A stretch of DNA of 32,000 bases from Polyangiaceae bacterium (lineage in GTDB: Bacteria; Myxococcota_A; Polyangia; Polyangiales; Polyangiaceae), in the NCBI GenBank assembly GCA_025937785.1, contig JAICQQ010000002.1:123365-155364 (forward strand). The letters run 5' to 3'. Below, piece by piece: positions 15,697 to 24,469 of the stretch. The translations under genes were made by a program, and so were the position numbers. The notes below the pieces were generated by a model that was not told the origin of the DNA, did no database searches, and worked only from the letters and a program-made list of their open reading frames with translations. The number at the start of each line of letters is the position of its first letter. Position 1 is the stretch's first letter.

Positions 15697-16161
15697 TCAC
15701 TCCCAATATCGGCGCTTCGTGCGCACGTTGTCGAGCATGTCGCGCATGCCGTGCGAGAACCGCTCCGGCAGTTCGTGGTCGCTGAACAGGCGCACCTCGG
15801 TGATCTCGAGCGGGTTCACGGGCGGGCGTGTGGGCTGCCCGATGCGCACGTGCACGACCACGGTCACGGCATGAAAGCGCGGGTCCCGGTCGGGGTCGGA
15901 GTACACGCCCTCGAGCGTGCCCTCGTCGAGCGCGTCCACACCGGCTTCCTCGAGCAGCTCGCGCACGATCGCCGCACGCAGCGGCTCTCCCCATTCGAGG
16001 GTGCCACCCGGTAACGCCCACTCGCCGCTGTCTGCACGCCGGATCAAGAGCCAGCGGCCGTCGGCGGTCTGGGCCGCAGCCGCGATGCCTACCACCGGGC
16101 GCCGCAACAGGTGGCGGGCGACCTCTTTGACGACGGTCCACGCAGCTTGGGGGATCCTCAC
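15697..16161 (-). CDS. Nudix hydrolase (154 aa)
   Basis: The Nudix box is GGTLEWGEPLRAAIVRELLEEAGV. The start is taken as GTG 16161. The rest of track ORF 15697..17349 is antisense to the L,D-transpeptidase gene. The stop TGA is followed by CC and then the ATG of the lipoprotein gene, so the two genes are tightly coupled. Confidence 0.85.
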   Translation of the reverse strand: MRIPQAAWTVVKEVARHLLRRPVVGIAAAAQTADGRWLLIRRADSGEWALPGGTLEWGEPLRAAIVRELLEEAGVDALDEGTLEGVYSDPDRDPRFHAVTVVVHVRIGQPTRPPVNPLEITEVRLFSDHELPERFSHGMRDMLDNVRTKRRYWE

Positions 16162-16293
16162 GACTTTCTCGCATGCACGGGCAAAGCTCGAGCATGCCGC
16201 GCGCGCTGGGCCCTTGTCGCCCTCGAAATGTCGGCGAAAATCGTGCTGGGGTCGGGCCTCCGACCGCGCGCGATCTGTGCTAACTGACCCCCG

Positions 16294-17835
16294 GTGAGCT
16301 TGCTGCGTTCGTTTTGGGTCGGCCTGATGGCAGGGTTCGGCCTCGCGTGTTCCCAAGTGCAGCCCCCGGCCGCCGAGCGGGCGCCAGGTTCCGTCGTCGT
16401 GGTCGCCGAGCCTGGCGCAGCGGAGGTGTCGGGGCAGGGACGAGCCAGCGGTGAGGTTCGCGAAAGCGTCTTGGGAACGGTGCAGGACAACCTGCCCTTC
16501 AAGCCCAGCGGAGCCAAGCTTGCCAGCATCGCTTGGCGGACCTGGGTGTACACGGACACCGGGCCCCAGCGCACGCGTTACGGTTATCTGCGAGCCGGCG
16601 CCATCGTCGACGTGCGCGGACCCGAGATCAAGAACTCGGGCTGCCAAGGCGGCTGGTACCGGGTGAACCCGCGCGGATTCGTGTGCGTAGGCAAGGGAGC
16701 AACACTCGACCTGTCTCACGAGATCGTGACGCAGGTCGGGGTGCGACCCGAACGAGGCAAGGGCCTGCCGTACTTGTACGCGATGTCGACCCAGCGTCCG
16801 CCACACCGGTACTTTCGCCTGCCCAGCGTGGAGGAGGTGATGGTGGTCGAGGGCAGGGACACGCTCGCCAATGTGCTCACCTGGCGCGAAAAAGCCAAGC
16901 GCCTCGGGTGGCGCGAGCTGCTCGGCGAGCCCGAACCACCGCCGCAGTTCTTGAAGGAGGTGCGGAAGCTGAGCAAGCCGTACGGGGTGAAGACGGGACT
17001 GCACTATTCGGTGCACGCGGGGCAGGCGAGCCCGGATGCAGGGTTCGCCCTCCAGCGCACTTTCATTTGGGAAGATCGAGAGTACGGGCTCAGCACCGAG
17101 CTCGATGTGCTCGCGCTCGACCGCCTGGCGCTGGTCAAGCCGACTGATTTTCACGGCGTGCAGTTGGACGAGGGGGAAAGCTTGCCTGTAGCTTTCGCCG
17201 ATCAGGGACCCTCGCGCAGATACACCCGCGCCGAAACGGGGGGGATGCTGCCCGGCGAGCCCATCGCGCATCGTGAAGGCGTCAAGCTCACCGGCCAAAG
17301 CGCACCCAATGGTTTCCTGGAGACGCGGAACGGCGACTTCGTCCCACAAGTAGGTCTGCGCATCCTCCCGGCGCGAGATTCATTCCCCAGCTTCGCAACC
17401 GGTGACCGCAAATGGATCGACATTTCGATCCGCAGCCAGACGTTGGTCGCTTATGTAGGTCGGCGCCCGGTGTATGCCACCCTGGTGAGCACCGGCCGCG
17501 GCGGCCTCGCCGATCCCGAAAAGTCGTTCGCGACCGTGCGTGGCACGTTCATGATCCATCACAAAGCCGTCAGCAGCACCATGGACGGTGACGATGACAA
17601 GAGTGATTCGTTCAACCTGCTCGATGTTCCCTTCGTTCAGTACTTTCACAAGGGATATGCGCTCCATGGGACGTACTGGCACGATGAGTTCGGTCGCGAG
17701 CGAAGCCACGGGTGCGTGAACCTGGCCCCGCAGGATGCGGCGTGGTTGTTCGAGTGGACCGATCCCCAGGTCCCCGCGGATTGGCACGCGACGCTAAACA
17801 AGGAGCGTGGCACGGTCGTCTACATTCACGCCTGA
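16294..17835 (+). CDS. L,D-transpeptidase (YkuD domain) family protein with long N-terminal region, secreted
   Basis: The signal peptide is SLLRSFWVGLMAGFGLAC. The YkuD signature is YALHGTYWHDEFGRERSHGCVNL, preceded by IDISIRSQTLVAYVGRRPVYATLVSTG. It is a paralogue of 25626..27128. Confidence 0.9.
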   Translation: MSLLRSFWVGLMAGFGLACSQVQPPAAERAPGSVVVVAEPGAAEVSGQGRASGEVRESVLGTVQDNLPFKPSGAKLASIAWRTWVYTDTGPQRTRYGYLRAGAIVDVRGPEIKNSGCQGGWYRVNPRGFVCVGKGATLDLSHEIVTQVGVRPERGKGLPYLYAMSTQRPPHRYFRLPSVEEVMVVEGRDTLANVLTWREKAKRLGWRELLGEPEPPPQFLKEVRKLSKPYGVKTGLHYSVHAGQASPDAGFALQRTFIWEDREYGLSTELDVLALDRLALVKPTDFHGVQLDEGESLPVAFADQGPSRRYTRAETGGMLPGEPIAHREGVKLTGQSAPNGFLETRNGDFVPQVGLRILPARDSFPSFATGDRKWIDISIRSQTLVAYVGRRPVYATLVSTGRGGLADPEKSFATVRGTFMIHHKAVSSTMDGDDDKSDSFNLLDVPFVQYFHKGYALHGTYWHDEFGRERSHGCVNLAPQDAAWLFEWTDPQVPADWHATLNKERGTVVYIHA

Positions 17836-17919
17836 GCTACCGGCGCTGGGCTCACGGCGCTCGGCTACCGGGGCTGGGCTACCGGGGCTGGGCTACCGGC
17901 GCTGGGTTCACGGCGGCCG
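17836..17919. repeat. six tandem 14-nt units (GCTACCGGSGCTGG and variants) in an intergenic spacer
   Basis: The units are 17836 GCTACCGGCGCTGG, 17850 GCTCACGGCGCTCG, 17864 GCTACCGGGGCTGG, 17878 GCTACCGGGGCTGG, 17892 GCTACCGGCGCTGG and 17906 GTTCACGGCGGCCG. The array starts 1 nt after the stop of the upstream gene. A 7-bp hairpin CGGCGGC-cgt-GCCGCCG (17911-17927) and the SD of the next gene follow. Confidence 0.85.
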
Positions 17920-17943
17920 TGCCGCCGCAAAAGGAGAGAACGC

Positions 17944-19596
17944 TTGCAGAACATCAACCTGAGGGAGCTGCTCAAGCGGGCGCTCGCCGTCGGGGCCGTC
18001 GAGCTAAAACTGGTTCCGGGCCGACGCACCGTCGTGGTGACGCCAAAAGGGGAGAACGAAGTGCGCGGAGAGGCGCAGAGCCCAGAAAGCATCAACGCCG
18101 CGCTGCAGCCGCTCTTGACGCCGGAGGCCAAACGCGGCCTCTCGTCCGGGTGGGCGGAGTGGGAGTTCGACCTGGATGGAAAAGGTCCCGTACGCGCGAC
18201 CTGCGAAGTCAAGATGGGGCTCGTGCACGCGACGTTCTACCTGGACAACTGTTCGGACGACGAAGCCTCGTTGGCACCGCCCGCGCGTGCGCCCGAGCCG
18301 ATGCGGGCCGTGGCCCCAGCCGCTGCGCGGCCGGCGGCGCCGGTGGCCCCAGCGCGCCGCGGCCCCGAAGTCGCCGCAGCGCCGCTCTCGGAGCTCGATG
18401 CGGAAGCTCCCATCGGAGCCGCGCGCGCGCCAGCGCCGCAGCCGGGGCTTCGGACCGTGCCACCGCTGCCGCACGACTACCAGGCCACGGGCGTCGCGTT
18501 GAGCAGTGGTTCCTCGGCGCAGATCGACGCGCTGCTGCACGCCATGCTGGAGCGCAAGGCGTCCGACCTGCACGTCTCGTCGGCGCACGTCCCGATGCTG
18601 CGGGTCGACGGCGAAATGCGCCCGATCCCTGGTCAGGGGCCGATTGCGCCGGAGGCATTGCAACGCTTGCTTTGGCCCATCGTGCCACCCAGGAACCGCG
18701 AAGAGTTTCAAGAGCGCCACGACACCGACTTCGCGTACGAGCTCGTCGGCAAGGCGCGCTTCCGCGCCAACATGTTCGTGGACCTGAAAGGCGTGGGCGC
18801 GGTCTTCCGCGTGATTCCCAGCAAGATTCTGTCGGTCGACGATCTGAAGCTGCCGCGCGAGTTGCTCTCACTGTGCCAGCTGACCAAAGGGCTGGTCCTG
18901 GTGACCGGTCCTACAGGGTCCGGCAAGTCGACGACGCTGGCAGCGCTGATCGACTACATCAACGAAACGCGGCACGATCACGTCATCACGATCGAAGATC
19001 CCGTCGAGTTCGTGCACCCGAACAAGAAGTGCCTGATCAACCAGCGGCAGGTCGGGGAGCACACCAAGTCGTTCAAGGTGGCGTTGCGGGCCGCGCTGCG
19101 CGAAGATCCGGACATCATCCTGCTCGGCGAAATGCGCGATCTCGAGACCGTCGCGATCGCGTTGGAGACGGCCGAAACCGGCCACGTGGTGTTCGGAACG
19201 CTGCACACGTCTTCGGCTCCGTCGACGATCGATCGAATCATCGACCAGTTCCCGTCCGCCGAGCAGAATCAGATTCGACAGATGCTCTCGCAAAGCCTGA
19301 AGGGCGTGATCAGCCAGACGCTTTGTAAGAAGATCGGTGGCGGGCGCGTCGCGGCGCTCGAGGTCATGTTCGGTGTCCCCGCCATCGCCAACTTGATCCG
19401 CGAGGGCAAGGTCTTCCAGATACCCTCGATCATGCAAACGGGGCGCAATATTGGCATGCGACTCATGACCGACAGCTTGGCGCAGCTCGTCAAAGACGGA
19501 CTTGTAAGCCCGGAAGAGGCGATGCTAAAGGTTCAGGACAAGGCGGGGCTCGAAACCGCCTTCCGCCAGTTCAACATTCAATACAAGAAACCCTGA
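17944..19596 (+). CDS. PilT/PilU-family type IV pilus retraction-type ATPase with ~190-aa N-terminal extension
   Basis: The TTG start has a strong SD (AAGGAGAG, 5-nt spacer). Walker A is LVTGPTGSGKSTTLAALI. The Asp box is HVITIEDPVEF and Walker B is DIILLGEMRDLET. The His box is GHVVFGTLHT. AIANLIREGK is also present. Confidence 0.9.
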   Translation: MQNINLRELLKRALAVGAVELKLVPGRRTVVVTPKGENEVRGEAQSPESINAALQPLLTPEAKRGLSSGWAEWEFDLDGKGPVRATCEVKMGLVHATFYLDNCSDDEASLAPPARAPEPMRAVAPAAARPAAPVAPARRGPEVAAAPLSELDAEAPIGAARAPAPQPGLRTVPPLPHDYQATGVALSSGSSAQIDALLHAMLERKASDLHVSSAHVPMLRVDGEMRPIPGQGPIAPEALQRLLWPIVPPRNREEFQERHDTDFAYELVGKARFRANMFVDLKGVGAVFRVIPSKILSVDDLKLPRELLSLCQLTKGLVLVTGPTGSGKSTTLAALIDYINETRHDHVITIEDPVEFVHPNKKCLINQRQVGEHTKSFKVALRAALREDPDIILLGEMRDLETVAIALETAETGHVVFGTLHTSSAPSTIDRIIDQFPSAEQNQIRQMLSQSLKGVISQTLCKKIGGGRVAALEVMFGVPAIANLIREGKVFQIPSIMQTGRNIGMRLMTDSLAQLVKDGLVSPEEAMLKVQDKAGLETAFRQFNIQYKKP

Positions 19597-19667
19597 GCGT
19601 GGATGTGCCCACGGAGCCTGAATCGCGACGCGAGAGCGACGTCGAGCGCCGCAACGAACGGGCGCCC

Positions 19668-20813
19668 ATGCAGTATCGTAGATTCGGGCGCACGAACCGC
19701 GCGCTGAGCGTCGTCACGCTGGGCGGCATGCGCTACCACGACGGCTGGAGTGAGCCGCGCCACGAGGTGCACCGCGAGATGCGCGAAGAGTGTCGCGACT
19801 CGGTCCAGCGCGCGCTCGACGCCGGTATCAATCACATCGAAACCGCCCACGGTTATGGCAAGAGCGAGCACTGCCTGGGCTTGGTGCTCGATGAACTGAA
19901 GGTCCCGCGCGACCGCTACTTCTTCATGACCAAGGGCGCTCCCATGACGGCGGACGCGACCCACCGCATGTTGGAGCAGCAGCTGCAGGCGCTGCGGCTC
20001 GATCACATCGATCTCTACGGATGGCACGGGATCAATACGCGCGCGCGCTTCGACGCGGCGCTAGCGCGGGGCGGGCCCGTCGAAGTACTCAAGCGCTACC
20101 AGGAACAGGGCGTCATCGGTAGCATCGGCTTCAGCACGCACGCCAGCGTTCGCATCATCAGCGAAGCCATCGCCACGGACCTGTTCGACTTCGTGAACCT
20201 GCACTACTACTATTTCTTTCAGCGCAACTGGGCGGCGATTCTGCTGGCGAACGCGCGGGATATGGGGGTCTTCGTCATTTCGCCCAACGACAAGGGCGGT
20301 CAGCTGTTCAACGCGCCGCCGCTCTTGCGCCGGCTGACCGCGCCGCTAACCCCCATCCAGTTCAACGCTCGTTTCTGTTTGCGCACACCGCTGGTCCACA
20401 CGCTGAGCTTCGGTATGCATCGCCCCGAGCACTTCGCCGAGATGCACGGGGTGTTGCCGGTCAGCATTCCGCTCACCCGAGCGGAGCAGGACATCTTGTT
20501 CCAGCTCGACCAGCGTCTGGCCGTCGATCCGCTCAGTCAGTACGAAGGGCACGAGCTGGAAGGGGATCCTTCAGGCATCAACATCGCCGAGGTGCTGCGA
20601 TTCCGGCGCATGTACAAGTGCTACGACATGCTCGATTTCGGGCGCTACCGCTACAACATGTTCTCGCCCGACAGCGATTGGTTCGGTGGGGAGTTCGCGA
20701 CGCCGGAGCAGGTGGCCCAAGTCGACCTGTCGCGGGCGCCGCCGGGCGTTCCGCTCAGAGAGCTGCTGAACGAAGCGCACGCGGCGTTCTTCGTCCCAAA
20801 AGTCGGAGGGTAG
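19668..20813 (+). CDS. aldo/keto reductase family oxidoreductase
   Basis: The N-terminus MQYRRFGRTNRALSVVTLGGMRY is typical of the AKR family. The family context includes INHIETAHGYGKSE (Tyr), MTK (Lys) and LYGWHGI (His). I prefer ATG 19668 over the GTG 19599 given in the track. Confidence 0.85.
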   Translation: MQYRRFGRTNRALSVVTLGGMRYHDGWSEPRHEVHREMREECRDSVQRALDAGINHIETAHGYGKSEHCLGLVLDELKVPRDRYFFMTKGAPMTADATHRMLEQQLQALRLDHIDLYGWHGINTRARFDAALARGGPVEVLKRYQEQGVIGSIGFSTHASVRIISEAIATDLFDFVNLHYYYFFQRNWAAILLANARDMGVFVISPNDKGGQLFNAPPLLRRLTAPLTPIQFNARFCLRTPLVHTLSFGMHRPEHFAEMHGVLPVSIPLTRAEQDILFQLDQRLAVDPLSQYEGHELEGDPSGINIAEVLRFRRMYKCYDMLDFGRYRYNMFSPDSDWFGGEFATPEQVAQVDLSRAPPGVPLRELLNEAHAAFFVPKVGG

Positions 20814-20819
20814 CGCTGG

Positions 20820-22607
20820 TCAAAAAGCTCGGCCGCGCTGCCCAACGAGGACTTCGAAAGCTTTCGCGCCGTCGCCCTTGACCTCACTCAGGCTCACGCT
20901 GGTTTCCACGCGCGCGCCCTGACCGGGCGGGATCGCCCCGGGCAGGTTCCAGACACGTTCGCCGAGAATACCCGGCGGGTTACCGACCGGGTGGGCCAGG
21001 TTGAAGCCGGCGTCGAGGGCGTTGAGCTTGACCATGAGCTGTTCTTGCTTCTGCGCGGAGGCGTTGAACACGCACGCCTTCACCTGACGCGTGGCGCCCG
21101 CGCCAGAAACCTCGACCTGGCAGGGGCGCACGGGCGCCATCGCGTCGAGCACCCGGCGCAGGTAGCTAGCTTCTTCGTCGCGCAGCGCGTCCTGGAGCTT
21201 CAGCGCGCCCTCCTTGGCGCGGACGTCTCCGAGGTAGGCCAACATCATCGCGCCGTGGAGGCGCACGGGTCGATGGTTGGCGTTGAGCAGCTCTGCGAAA
21301 GCGTCGGCGGGTGCAGCGCCGTCGCCACCCGGGCCGATGTCGCCCTGCACCGGGTTCTCGAGCTCGAATTCGATGCCCCGCGCTTCGGTGGACCACTTGA
21401 TGGCCTGGCCCGGTTCGAGCGGCCCCTCGAAGAACAACACGCGGTGGCGCGAGAAATGGCGCTGGTTCGACGGCGGCGGGTCGCGTTCGAAGAAGTTGAC
21501 CCGCAGCGTCACGTCGCTGAGGGACTCCCCCGAGTTGTTGACCACCGCGATGTCGAGCTCGAGGTGCTTGCGGCGCCCTTCTTGACGCAGCTTGGTGGAC
21601 AGCACGAGCACGCTGAGCTTGGGTACCGCTTGCTGCCACAGCAGCGAACTGGAGCGCGCACACTGGCACTGGCCCGTGCGCACCACGTCGCCGACGGCGG
21701 GGTCGGCCGCAGGCGCAGGGGCAGCGGTGGGGGGAGCCGCTGGCGCCGCGGCGATGGGCGCTGCGGGCGCTGCACGATCGTCGCTCCGCGCGACAGGGGC
21801 CGGGTCGAGCTCCAGCGCAGCAGCGGCCGCAGGGCTGGCTTCGCTGTCGGACGCTTCCGCTTCGGGGAGCGTCCGATCCGCGCGCGCCACGCTTTCGGGC
21901 GCATCGAGCATCCATTTCGAGACCAGTACGGCGGCGAGACCACCGGCGGTGAGCGTGATCACGATGGCCGCGGTGGTCCGCGGCAGAAATCCCTGAAAAT
22001 CCGGGAGCGGAAGCGCTTTCGGCGGTTTCGGCGCGGGACGATCCAAGCGCACGAGATCCGGCAGGTACAGGCGCAGGTCGTGGACGAGCGCGTTTTGCGC
22101 AGCCTCGCCGGTGAGTTCGCCCGAGACCAGCTTCCTGTCGATGAAGAACCCCAAGCCAAGCACTGTCGCCGCGACGATTCCAGCGATGCCGATCGCAAGC
22201 GTTGCACTCGAACTCGGCGACAGCCGCGGTACCGCGAGGGCTGCCACCAGCGCGCACACCAGAGCGAACCCGAAGGCTCCCGTGCGCAAGACCAAACGCT
22301 GTCGGTAGAGCTCGTGGCGGTGAGTGCCGTCGCCGATCGTGAACCCGCCGAGGACGAGCTTGTGGTGCGGCGTCAGCTGAGGGTCGACCTCCAAGAGCAA
22401 GCGTTCGCCTTCGAAGCGGGCCTGCCTGATCGCGGTGTACGGTAGCGTGACCAACGTGCCGCGAGTGAGCGCGCCTGGCGCGTAACCTTCCGAGAACGAG
22501 CCGACCCCCAGATAAGCGATGACCAGACCGAATGGAGCGCACTCGAGCTCCACGGTTCCGATGGCGTTGCTGCGTTGCTCGCCCAGCGCTACGGCCCGGA
22601 CTTTCAT
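20820..22607 (-). CDS. hypothetical multi-pass membrane protein with Ala/Pro-rich linker and C-terminal soluble domain (595 aa)
   Basis: The ORF is long with high GC3. Predicted TM segments are AFGFALVCALVAALAV, LAIGIAGIVAATVLGLGFFI and AAIVITLTAGGLAAVLV. I recognise no catalytic motif. Confidence 0.75.
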   Translation of the reverse strand: MKVRAVALGEQRSNAIGTVELECAPFGLVIAYLGVGSFSEGYAPGALTRGTLVTLPYTAIRQARFEGERLLLEVDPQLTPHHKLVLGGFTIGDGTHRHELYRQRLVLRTGAFGFALVCALVAALAVPRLSPSSSATLAIGIAGIVAATVLGLGFFIDRKLVSGELTGEAAQNALVHDLRLYLPDLVRLDRPAPKPPKALPLPDFQGFLPRTTAAIVITLTAGGLAAVLVSKWMLDAPESVARADRTLPEAEASDSEASPAAAAALELDPAPVARSDDRAAPAAPIAAAPAAPPTAAPAPAADPAVGDVVRTGQCQCARSSSLLWQQAVPKLSVLVLSTKLRQEGRRKHLELDIAVVNNSGESLSDVTLRVNFFERDPPPSNQRHFSRHRVLFFEGPLEPGQAIKWSTEARGIEFELENPVQGDIGPGGDGAAPADAFAELLNANHRPVRLHGAMMLAYLGDVRAKEGALKLQDALRDEEASYLRRVLDAMAPVRPCQVEVSGAGATRQVKACVFNASAQKQEQLMVKLNALDAGFNLAHPVGNPPGILGERVWNLPGAIPPGQGARVETSVSLSEVKGDGAKAFEVLVGQRGRAF

Positions 22608-22940
22608 CGAGCGCGCATCCTAGAGCCTCGGGAGCCCTAGTGCGACCATCGCCAGCCGCGTGCTCTCAACTGTTTAGAATAATGAAGTAAAATCCGGCGA
22701 GGCCGGCGGCGCCCGAGGCAAATGTTTCGGGAATGTTCACGCGTCGGCTCCCCAGTTCCGGCGCATTTGGGCGAATTGTCGCTGGGTTTCCGACAAATCG
22801 GTCGCTTTCTGGGCCCCTTAATCGCCCGGTGGTTTCGGTGAAACATTCGAGAAACCAGCTCCTCGTTACTCAACCGATGCGCCTAATTGCAGGTCTGGAG
22901 GCATCCGCGCGCCAGCCAACCAGGCAACGAGGAGAAGTTG

Positions 22941-24326
22941 ATGATGAAAAAGGTAGTCACCCTGTCACTCGCAACGCTCGCCATGCTCGCCCCCGCCCTC
23001 GCCCTCGCCGAGGAAGCACCCAAGGTGAGCGCCGGTGAGTTCTACGCCAACAATACCTGGATGATGCTGTGCACCGCGCTGGTGTTCATCATGCACCTGG
23101 GGTTCGCATCGATCGAGTCTGGCCTGACGCGCTCGAAGAACACGGTGAACATTCTCTACAAGAACACCGTGATTGTTCTGATTGGGCTCATCAGTTACTA
23201 CCTGATCGGCTTTGGCCTGATGTACCCCGGGGACGGCTGGCAAATGGGCAAGTACCTCGGCTTTGCCGGCGCGCTCATCCAATCTCCGGAAGCCGCCGAT
23301 CAAACCATTGGCTACGCTTCCGGTCACTACACGTACTACACCGACTTCTTGTTCCAGGGCATGTTCGCGGCGACGGCGGCGACGATCGTTTCGGGTGCCG
23401 TGGCCGAGCGCATCAAGTTCTCGAGCTTCATCGTCTTTTCCGTATTCTTCGTGACGTGCGTCTACACCATCGGCGGCTCGTGGAAATGGGGCGGCGGCTG
23501 GTTGAACGATGCTGGTTTCTACGACTTCGCCGGCTCGACCCTGGTGCACTCGGTCGGCGGGTGGGGCGCATTGGCTGGAGCGATGTTGCTCGGGCCGCGC
23601 CTCGGCAAGTACGGTAAGAAGGGCGAGATCACGCCCATCCCCGGCAGTAACATGCCGCTCGCGACGGCCGGCTGCTTTCTGTTGTGGCTGGGTTGGTTTG
23701 GATTCAACGGCGGCTCGGTGCTGTCGGCCGATCCGGACGCGACCTCCCGCGTGTTGGTGACGACCTGTCTCGCGGCGGCGGCGGGCGGCCTGGGTTCGAT
23801 GCTGGCCTACATGTTCGTGTCGAAGAAGCCCGATCTGTCGATGACCTTGAATGGCATCTTGGCAGGGCTCGTGGGCATTACGGCTGGCGCCGACGTGATC
23901 ACCCCGAACATGTCGGTCGTCGTCGGCTTCATCGCGGGTGGCTTGGTCATCGGCTCCGTGGTGCTGATGGACAAGGCCAAGATCGACGACCCCGTCGGTG
24001 CCGTGTCGGTGCACCTGGTGTGTGGAATCTGGGGTACGCTGGCGGTCGGACTGTTCTCGACCAACCCGGAGCACACCCTCGCCATTCAGTTGATGGGTAT
24101 CGCTGCCTACGCCGCTTTCGCGGGTGGTGCTGCCTTCCTCTTGTTCTACGCCATCAAGGCCACCATGGGGCTACGCGTCAGCGCCGAGGAAGAGATCGAC
24201 GGGCTCGACGACGGTGAGCACTCGATGCACGCCTACGACATGGGCTTGAGCAGCCTGAGCGCGGCGGCCCCCATATCCATGAAAGAGGCTTCGGGGGCGA
24301 CTCCGGCGGAAGTGCCGGCAGAATGA
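22941..24326 (+). CDS. amt: ammonium transporter (Amt family)
   Basis: GAGGAG lies 6 nt upstream of the ATGATG start. The signal peptide is MMKKVVTLSLATLAMLAPALALA. Amt hallmarks are FASIESGLTRSKN, DFAGSTLVHSVGGWGALAGAMLLGPR, GWFGFNGGS and GAVSVHLVCGIWGTLAVGLF. Confidence 0.95.
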   Translation: MMKKVVTLSLATLAMLAPALALAEEAPKVSAGEFYANNTWMMLCTALVFIMHLGFASIESGLTRSKNTVNILYKNTVIVLIGLISYYLIGFGLMYPGDGWQMGKYLGFAGALIQSPEAADQTIGYASGHYTYYTDFLFQGMFAATAATIVSGAVAERIKFSSFIVFSVFFVTCVYTIGGSWKWGGGWLNDAGFYDFAGSTLVHSVGGWGALAGAMLLGPRLGKYGKKGEITPIPGSNMPLATAGCFLLWLGWFGFNGGSVLSADPDATSRVLVTTCLAAAAGGLGSMLAYMFVSKKPDLSMTLNGILAGLVGITAGADVITPNMSVVVGFIAGGLVIGSVVLMDKAKIDDPVGAVSVHLVCGIWGTLAVGLFSTNPEHTLAIQLMGIAAYAAFAGGAAFLLFYAIKATMGLRVSAEEEIDGLDDGEHSMHAYDMGLSSLSAAAPISMKEASGATPAEVPAE

Positions 24327-24433
24327 GCTGAGGCTGCGGTGGCTCGCCGCTCGGCGTGCCGAGCTGCCGTTCGACTACGAGCATCCACCTCGCGGCGGGC
24401 CTTCGCTTGGGAAGCCCGCCAAGAGGTGCTGCA

Positions 24434-24468
24434 CACCCCGGGAACCTGAGCACCCGGGGTGTTTTTTT
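24434..24468 (+). terminator. rho-independent terminator downstream of amt
   Basis: CACCCCGGG (24434-24442) pairs perfectly with CCCGGGGTG (24453-24461), followed by TTTTTTT (24462-24468). It abuts the convergent ruvB stop. Confidence 0.75.
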
Positions 24469-24469
24469 C

